DNA of 64,000 nucleotides from Veleropilina oligotropha (Eukaryota): NCBI GenBank assembly GCA_048128005.1, contig JBEUKZ010000111.1, positions 1 to 64,000 of the forward strand, read 5' to 3'. Shown piece by piece: positions 39,897 to 48,300 of this stretch (position 1 is its first letter; each line of letters starts with the position of its first letter). The notes under the pieces were generated by a model. It saw only the letters and a program-made list of their open reading frames with translations, ran no database searches and was not told where the DNA came from. The position numbers and the translations under genes were made by a program.

Positions 39897-40640
39897 TTCT
39901 AACCCTAGGTTTTGGGCGTTTCCCCTAACCCTAACTAGGTCAACCCTAACTAGGTCAACCCTAACTAGGTCACCAACCCTAATTGGGTCAGCCCTAAGTA
40001 GGTCACCCTAAGTAGGTCACCCTAACTAGGTCAACCCTAACCCCTCACCCCTAACTAGGTCAACCCTAATTAGGTCATCAACCCTCACCCTAACCCTAAC
40101 CCTAACCCCTCACCCCTAACCCTAACTAGGTCAACCCTAAGTAGGCCAACCTAAGTAGGTCACCCTAACTAGGTCAACCCTAATTAGGTCATCAACCCTC
40201 ACCCTAACCCTAACCCTAACCCCTCACCCCTAACCCTAACTAGGTCAACCCTAAGTAGGCCAACCTAAGTAGGTCACCCTAACTAGGTCAACCCTAATTA
40301 GGTCATCAAACCTCACCCTAACCCCTCACCCCTAACCCTAACTAGGTCAACCCTAACCCCTCACCCCTAACCCAAACTAGGTCAGCCCTAATTAGGTCAT
40401 CAACCCTCACCCTCAACCCTAAGTGGGTCAACCCTAAGTAGGTCAACCATGCCCCTAAGTAGGTCAACCCATATGGTGGCTAACCCCAGCCCTAACCCTA
40501 AGTAGGTCAACCCTAATTGGGTCATCAACCCTCAGCCCTAACCCTAAGTAGGTCAACCCTAATTGGGTCATCAACCCTAAGTCAACCCTGGCCCTAACCC
40601 TAATTGGGTCAACCCCAACCCAAACCCTGCCCCAAGCCCT
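39897..40640 (+). repeat. Telomere-like (CCCTAA) variant array interleaved with TAANTRGGTCA units
   Basis: Direct reading: short pure CCCTAA runs, CCCTCA variants and 14-15-bp units such as CCCTAACTAGGTCAA. Confidence 0.95.
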
Positions 40641-40644
40641 AGCT

Positions 40645-40770
40645 GGTATGGTCTATGTTAGCTAGTATGTTAGCTAGTATGTTAGCTAGTTTAGGTTAGC
40701 TGCTATGTTAGCTAGTATGTTAGCTAGTTTAGGTTAGCTGCTATGTTAGCTAGTTTAGCCTAGTATAGGC
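40645..40770. repeat. 12-bp tandem repeat (TATGTTAGCTAG and variants) within TIR
   Basis: About 9-10 GTTAGCT-containing units; mirrored at ~55565-55690. Confidence 0.9.
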
Positions 40771-41326
40771 TAGTCTTCGTTGTTCTGGTCTAGTATGATC
40801 GTTCAGTTCTATTTTTTTTTTATCTGGTGATGTCATGAGTCATATTTCTGCGAATGTCTGCCACTGTTTTTTATTTCGCGGGTAGAAATAGCATCCATTT
40901 TTAAAAATGGGGGTCATATTTCAACGCTATTATCATATAATTCTACATCCGGTTTTAAATTTGGCATTATTAATAATCTCTATTTTATAATCACCATATG
41001 ATGATCGCATAAATTCGACTTGTGGCGTCATGGATCGTGTCTTGTTCTGGACATGTCTGGACGTGTGACGTCGTGGATCTTGTTCTGGACATGTCTCTAA
41101 ACACGGTTCAACTCCCATATATCACTAGTCCGAATCTGATATCAAATAGTATTATTCTCTATCAAACTCTGTAATCCACTATCATTATATGTTACATGTA
41201 ATATAGAGAAAAATTACAATGTATAAGCAGATTGAACAGTCAATCTAGTTATGAACTCTGTCCATTCACAGCTTTGTTCAGAGTTTATTCGTGGTTCAAG
41301 GCATTATGAGTCATATTTGAGTTATT

Positions 41327-41576
41327 TTTCCCCGGGGGTGAGGTATTGGGGTGGGGGCATACCCCCCCGGGCACTCCACCCTGTTCCGGGGGTGTGTGGG
41401 GGCAGTATAACCCTATGCTTTCGTCGTTTAACCCCATGTTTTTGGTGTTTAACCCAAGGTTTTCCCTGTTAGTTTTGTGCATTTCCCCCCCGGGGGTTGG
41501 GGTAATGGGGTGGGGGATACCCCCTGGGCGACCCAACCCTGTTCCCAGGGGCGGGGGTAGGTATAACCGTAGGTTT
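41327..41576. other. Two ~95-bp GC-rich structured repeats (candidate pseudoknot RNA or G-quadruplex element)
   Basis: Copies 41327-41419 and 41482-41576 show compensatory substitutions in two predicted pairings. Confidence 0.5.
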
Positions 41577-42672
41577 CCTCTGTCTAGATGAACTATATTG
41601 TTCAGTGATTATTCAAATGTATTTTCCAATGCTACATGGACTACTGCCATTTGGCCGAGTTATAAATACCAATGTCATGTGACATGAAGTTCTTTGTTCG
41701 GAATACGAGTAGCATAACAGCGAAATATCAGCCGAAAATCTCGTATTAAGCTCCCGATAATAACGAGGTATGTATAAATGTCATTTTGAAAACGAAGAAT
41801 TATTATTCTCAACGCTAATAGTATCATACAGCCTGACTACTGTCAAAGCTATTTATGATTAATCCGTCATTACAAGGTAGGACGCCGTTTTAGTTTCGTA
41901 TTTTCGATATGACCAATTAGTCTTTCTGACACTTGTACTCGTTCAGTCTATAATATAAATAGTAGACCGTTTTCATAGTATTATTGTAAACAGATTCTGC
42001 TGGTGCCCGCACGTGCAAAACATGTGTGATGAGTCATTGGCCATGTTTGAAAACATGTCTGATCATGTTTCAGTGCCTGTCTACCATTCGTTTCTCCTGG
42101 TAAAAAGCCAGGGGGACATATTTCAATGCTATTAGCATCTCCGTCCAGTTTTAAATTTGGCATTATTAATAATCTCTATTGTATAATCACCATATAATGA
42201 TCATAGTATTTTTTGATAATTATCACCTGTAATTCTGATTTATAACATATGGTAGCGACCACGACCGGCGTGTATACAATATAGCGTTGCGTACTGGTTA
42301 CGTCATGAAATCAGGACATGTGAAGTTTAACAGGATGTCGGTCAATGCTGCAATTTGCCATATACTAAAATAGATCTGTGCTATTCTTCAGAGTGTTGAC
42401 TAAAAAGGGGTCAGTTGGATATCATTACATTGCATGCCGAGCTATGCCGGACTCACAGCTTGTGTTGAGATATCGCTTCACATGAACCGTCAAGCCATGC
42501 CAGACTAACAAACTGTGTTGAGACTATTAATGTCGCTGGCGGTAGCACAACAGTTGAATAAAGATATATTTATATTGCCTTTACGTGGCAAAGAATATTG
42601 CCGTCGTGCATCAAGCCATACAGCAGTTAATGATACGTTGCAAAGAATATTGACTCTACTAAATTTGGTGCT

Positions 42673-42880
42673 GGTAGAATGGCATCTTCACATTAAATAT
42701 TATATGATTGACACAGCGAGTGAAATAGACTTACCAGTTTAAGAGGTAAATCCCTACTTTCCGTTATAGTGAACTGTGTGGTAGAATGACTGGCATCTTC
42801 GCATTAAATATTATATGATTGACACAGTGAGTGAAATAGACTTCCCAGTTTTAAGAGGTAAATCCATGCTTTCCCTATAA
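42673..42880. repeat. ~108-bp tandem duplication inside the Polinton
   Basis: GGTAGAATG..GCATCTTC..ATTAAATATTATATGATTGACACAG..GAGTGAAATAGACTT..AAGAGGTAAATCC occurs twice. Confidence 0.85.
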
Positions 42881-43138
42881 CTGTGTATGCACAAAGGCTG
42901 TCAATTTATCATACGGGTCTGAGGCTCGACTGAATAATCTGTATGATCTAGCAGACAGCTGCTGACAGCCTTCTGCCCGGCCCTAATTACTAATTGATTA
43001 TGTGTATTTAATCTATTCTATAATGGTATATAATAGAGGTTAAATTACTTATAATTAAACGTTTTGGCATAACCAGGGTATTCTTTCAGAGGATTTTGGT
43101 GGCCCTGAAAAGGGCCGTTTGGTGGTGCATAGCGTGCA

Positions 43139-43414
43139 CTAGACGGGGTATGCGGTCACGATGTGGCGGGAGACAAGGATCGCCCGGACAGCGTAGCACG
43201 GCCGGCCGGCGACGCTGTATCCCGTGAGGGTCTCGAACGTTCTTTCCCTCCGTTCTCTGGTGGTCGTGAGCTGCGTGGTGGTGTGAGGGTCGGTCGCCGT
43301 CTTCATGATGTTCGCCCGTATAGTTTTCTCGGTCCCCGTAAACTCGGATTTCCCGGCATTCGAGCCGGGAAGATGCCCTCGGAAAACATGTCCCCAGTTG
43401 ACCGAGAAATACAT
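43139..43414 (-). CDS. 91-aa accessory protein; candidate polymorphic-toxin-like ribonuclease (EndoU/BECR-like)
   Basis: Motifs HVFRGH, GKSEF and C-terminal IVTAYP; TATAAATA at 43445-43452; CAACATG start context; ~60% GC in very AT-rich flanks. The gene call is firmer than the function. Confidence 0.55.
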   Translation of the reverse strand: MYFSVNWGHVFRGHLPGSNAGKSEFTGTEKTIRANIMKTATDPHTTTQLTTTRERRERTFETLTGYSVAGRPCYAVRAILVSRHIVTAYPV

Positions 43415-44192
43415 GTTGGGATGAATTTTTCTTGAAAATCACAGTATTTATAGTTACTAAAAATAAATTCTATTTATATAAACTTATGTCATTTCAAAGC
43501 CATATGATTGGATCCCCATTTATTATTTAATCAGACATCGTTGTTTTAAAATAATAATTACATTTTTAAATTAGTATTATATTTATATAGTATGCCTGTA
43601 CTAGTAAAACTATTATTTAAATCATTACGTGGTTAAGTTTAGGTTATTTGGCGCACATATTTTGAAAAACGGTTTCCAGATCTGACTCTATTGGGGGAGT
43701 AAACATCCGGCCCCCCTGATGACTTACCCAAAAAATAAATGCGTTATTTGATATATACACACACACAAGCACTAATATTTAGTAGCTGCTTTGGTTATAC
43801 TGTACACTTGCTAACAATTTCTTAATCAGATTTAATTTTTCGCTTTAGAATTACATAGCAAATACAATTTTGAGCCAGTATGTCATTCTGTAGATATCTT
43901 ATCGGATGGTGATATAGTACTGCTATTAAAGTAACATTGTGTGGGGCAATTGGCGTGTAATTAACATGGTAACTATCGTATACAAGTAATCACAGAAGCA
44001 TTTGGTGGTCCTGGCAAGCGATATAGTTAGAACATTCTTGACCATACTTTTGGTGACGCTGACAGATATATTTAGAACTGAGGTGACTCATTTGTTTTTG
44101 TGACATCCAGCTATTTTAATAGAATGACGATTACGACTAGAATAGAACATTAGGCCTATATATATAAACAGCATCTATATGAAAATCATATC

Positions 44193-44441
44193 ATGGCTGA
44201 TTCAACACCCTTTGATCGCGCCGAAGACAAGAAAAGGTCTGAAAATCATATGAAGACCCCCTTTGATCGCTCTGAAGACAAGAAAAGGACTGAAAATTAT
44301 ATTTATTGGTCGGTAATGCGGCAGATGGAGATGTCCTTGTCAGAAGATGGCTGTTTAAATTATTATAATATTGTCGATCATAGGAAATCTTGTCATTGTA
44401 TTGAATGTTCGGCAGAACGTCTATGTATCAACAGTAAATAA
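44193..44441 (+). CDS. 82-aa hypothetical Polinton protein with internal repeat and CxCxxC motif
   Basis: TATATAAA ~25-35 bp upstream, ATCATGG start context, AATAAA overlapping the stop; repeat TPFDRxEDKKRxEN twice. Confidence 0.5.
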   Translation: MADSTPFDRAEDKKRSENHMKTPFDRSEDKKRTENYIYWSVMRQMEMSLSEDGCLNYYNIVDHRKSCHCIECSAERLCINSK

Positions 44442-44829
44442 ATGTTTATCAGCCATGCTAACTGTGTTGATCAATGAATATGGTATATCGAATTGAGTGC
44501 CCAGTATATATATATAAATGATCGAATTTTGAGTGGACATCTTGGTATATATTTGAGAGGGCAGGCCGTACGGCAGTGTTACTCAAGGCACCGTACTAAG
44601 CACACAAGTATTATTCTAGTAACAATGGTGTTTCGAACTAGTATGAGCGGCATCTATTAAGTGGGGATTTGTGCCTATAATGGGTTCGAGCCCTGCCGTG
44701 GCTCTAGTTCAGTATTCTCATTACCATTATCATTGAGAACTGGCAAACACATTGGTGAAAATCACATATGGACTTGTACACATCTTGACTTGTCCGCATT
44801 TTGACTTGATGGAAATCTTGACTTGTACA

Positions 44830-45290
44830 CATTTGGTGGGAAAAACACGCTATTTTCAGAGCCCACATGATGTCACGAGCTATTTATATTTACCAATCAG
44901 AGACAACTAGCATTGCACAATATGGGGAAATCCCATGACTAAAAATAGTTTTGGCGGGAAAACATGTCCAAACACGCTATTTTCAGAGTCCACATGATGT
45001 CACGAGCTATTTATATTGACCAATCAGAGGCAACTAGCATTGCACAATATGGGGAAATCCCATGACTAAAAATAGTTTGGCGGGAAAACATGTCCAAACA
45101 CGCTATTTTTAGTGACCACATGATGTCACGAGCTATTTATATTGACCAATCAGCGAGTGCCTCTTATCGAGCGATGGCAACAGCCAATCACAGCCAAGCT
45201 CTCTGTTTTCAACAGCCAATCAGCGATCACTTCCGGTCATGTAATGATGTCATTGTTCTATTTATAGTAACAAGCCAGCTATAAATACTC
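44830..45290 (+). promoter_or_regulatory. pPolB promoter/enhancer with ~127-bp tandem repeat
   Basis: TATAAATA 45280-45287; five CCAATCA boxes; GGGAAATCCC at 44925 and 45052; TTTGGCGGGAAA at 44950 and 45076; ATTGCACAAT twice; CTAAAAATAG twice. Confidence 0.7.
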
Positions 45291-45322
45291 CTGAAAATGT
45301 GTAGATAATCATTAATGAAGAA

Positions 45323-48300
45323 ATGGCTTCGAACGCAAAGAACCCGAGACTTGATGGCGAACAGAAGAGTTATGTTGTCGAGCAAGTCAGCCAAAGAAGA
45401 TTTAAAACGAATCTGGCTATTGATACGAAATACCGGGTGAAACTGAATGCTGACCATTGGCAGAATAAAAAGTTGATGGACATTACGGGAGATCTTCACG
45501 ACATGTTTACCGAAATCCTTGAAGATATACCGTCTCAAGATAATTCGCTCGGTCGCATATTACTATCGCACCCCAGCTTGAAAGATAGTATCGTGGTGAA
45601 GTTACAAGAGTTACGTACGTTGACAGCCGATGTCGTAATGGAGACTATCGATAAAGTGCTCCAGAGTTTCCAAGAATTGGACATTACGGAAGGATTTGAG
45701 ATAAATATGGGCATTATTAATTTACCACAAGGAGCTGCGAGAGCGTACATAACGAACTTGAATACAAGCATTAAACAGAAACGCTCGATGGTGGAAATTA
45801 TTAATGAGGACATGTTATGTTTACCACGTGCGATTGCAGTATCTTGGTGTGCCTTAAATAAAGTGTCTTTGGAACAATGGAAAAAATTAACTGAAAACTT
45901 ACCACAAGGAACAATGGTGGAACGCATATTACAGACAGGAAAAGTGCCAGAATATCATTATAAGAACCTCATTAAAAAGAAGCGAGGAGAACAAAAGAAA
46001 TTTGCTGAAGAATTATGTCGTCGTGCTGGTGTGCCATTAGATCAGCCGCTTGGACCGAAACATATTGCAGCTTTTGAAAATGTTCTGAACGTCAACATAT
46101 TAACAATATCCTCGAAATTGGGAAACAAATTTAGCCGAATTGCGAATAATCCGGAAAGAAAAAACATTTATTTATATTTGATCGAGAAAGAAGACCAAGA
46201 AGTAGGTCATTACAACAGCGTGAACTCTCTCTCTGGTTTCTTCTCTTCGTCGTACTTTTGTGAAAATTGCCTGAAACCCTACAATGACAGACAGTGGCAC
46301 CAGTGTGAAAAATATTGCCGTGTTTGTAAATCTGGCGGGTGCGAGGAGATAAAGCTGATGAGTTGTCGAAATTGTCACATGACATGCAGATCTCAGGACT
46401 GTTTTGATAGACATATAATCGAAAGCGAAAAACGACCTTCAGAATGTCAAAAGTGGTTTAAATGCACAAAATGTTATCACGTTATGAATGTCGAAAAAAG
46501 ATCACCGGCCGATCATCGATGTGGAGAATATTTGTGTTCGTCTTGTGATCTATACGTGATGTCTGATCATAAATGCTATGTGCGAGCGTTTGTCAACAAA
46601 CCAAGCTTTCCGAAATATATCTTCTTTGATTATGAAACGACGCAAGATACGATAATGGAGTGTACAGATGGATATAAACCTGCCGAAGATAATGGAAAAT
46701 GGCGTCAGTGCCTTCATTGTAATACTTCGACGTGTGGACATCCTGTGCATATACCAAATTTAGTAGTTGCCCATACGGCTTGTTATAACTGCAATGGTTT
46801 GACAGATTATTGTTCGACGTGTGGAAGCAGATGTTCTCAATGTTATATTAAAAAGAAGGCGAAAATCGAAATGCCTCCTTGTGCTGGGAAATGTGGAAAT
46901 ACCGAAGTGATTTTTAAAGGCAATCAAACTGCCGAGAATTTTGGACAATGGCTGTTTACTGAAGGACATCGTAATTTTACGGCACTCGCCCATAACATGA
47001 AGTCGTTTGACGGTTTATTTCTACTGGATTACTTAATCGAGCATAGCATGCGGCCCGAGAAAATCATATACAATGGATCAAAAATAATGTATATGTCTGT
47101 GGCAAAAGGAATGGATATTAGAATACTCGACAGTTTGAATTTTCTGCCAATGAAATTAGCACAATTACCTAAAGCATTTGGACTGCCTGAACTTAAGAAA
47201 GGATTTTTTGCTCATTATTTCAATACAAAAGCAAATCAAAATTATGTTGGACCATACCCTGAACCCGCTCTATATGGATACGATTACATGTCAAAAAATG
47301 ATAGAGAGGAATTTTTGGAATGGTATGAAACAGTGAAAAATGATGTATTTGACTTACAAAAAGAAATGTTGGATTATTGTAGAAGCGATGTGATGATATT
47401 GAAACAAACATGTTTAAAGTTTAGTGATTTGTTAGAAAAAGCTACTGGATATTATGCATTGAATGAACATAACGAACGAGTGAAAGTGAATACTGTGAAC
47501 CCATTTAATTTCCTGACAATAGCCTCTACATGTAGTGCTGTGTATAGAAGTCAATTTTTGCCAGAAGAATGGAGAATGAAAATTAATGATGCATGGGTGC
47601 CAGCAAGAAAAGAAAATGGTAGTTTTAAAGTGTTGATTGATGATGAATGGACACGAAATTACCCTGCCGATTGTGAAAAGGAATTTGTGAGGTCACCAAT
47701 AGCACGAATACCATCAAATATTACTCAAGATCAGTATAGTATGGAATCAATTCAATGGCTCGAATGGATCGCTCACAAAAAAAATATTTCGATACAGCAT
47801 GCATTAAATAAAGGCGAAGTTAAGCTTCCCGGATCAAATTACAAATTGGATGGATATGCAAATGGGGTGGCATACGAGTATAACGGGTGCATTTGGCATG
47901 GTTGTCAGTGTATAAAGACGAATAGAGATGTTAAACACCCCAAAACAGGTCAAAGTCTTGATGAATTGTATGCTTTAACTATGAAAAAAATGCATTTTAT
48001 AAAAAGTTTAGGACTGTCTTATAAATGTATTTGGGCGTGTGAATACCAGGAAGAATTGAAAACAAATGTTGAATTGTCTAATTTTGTAAAGTCACTCGAT
48101 TTAGTAAGTAGATTAGAGCCAAGAGATAGCTTCTATGGGGGCCGGACAAATGCTACAAAACTTCATTATAAAATCTCTGGTGATGAACAGATTAAATATG
48201 CAGATGTTTGCAGTCTTTACCCATTTACGCAGAAATATAAACAATATCCATTATTCCATCCAGAAATAATTACCACCGACTTCAAAAATATCGAATCATA

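Larger units (their letters stand above)
39862..41062 (+). repeat. Left terminal inverted repeat (~1.2 kb)
   Basis: Reverse complement of 55272-56492; visible differences are mostly repeat-unit copy number. Confidence 0.95.

Noticed and set aside
39897..40640. Real chromosome telomere or end-to-end fusion site
   Set aside because: The arrays lie inside mirrored TIRs bounded by AGTAGT termini and a 6-bp TSD, with ordinary genomic DNA on both sides.
41327..41576. Viral telomerase RNA (TAACCCTA at ~41408 near a pseudoknot)
   Set aside because: The template-like motif is not kept in the second copy (TAACCGTA), and no U-rich triple-helix or H/ACA features are visible.
41251..41591. Gly/Pro-rich ORFs on both strands
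   Set aside because: Explained by GC-rich repeats lacking stops; the two copies differ by indels that do not preserve frame.
43086..43442. Alternative ORFs (118 aa minus, 90 aa plus) overlapping the toxin-like gene
   Set aside because: Open frames are expected at ~60% GC; only 43139-43414 has an ATG in good context, TATA spacing and recognisable motifs.
44380..44410. LxCxE motif in the 82-aa ORF
   Set aside because: The sequence is CHCIE, which lacks the required Leu.
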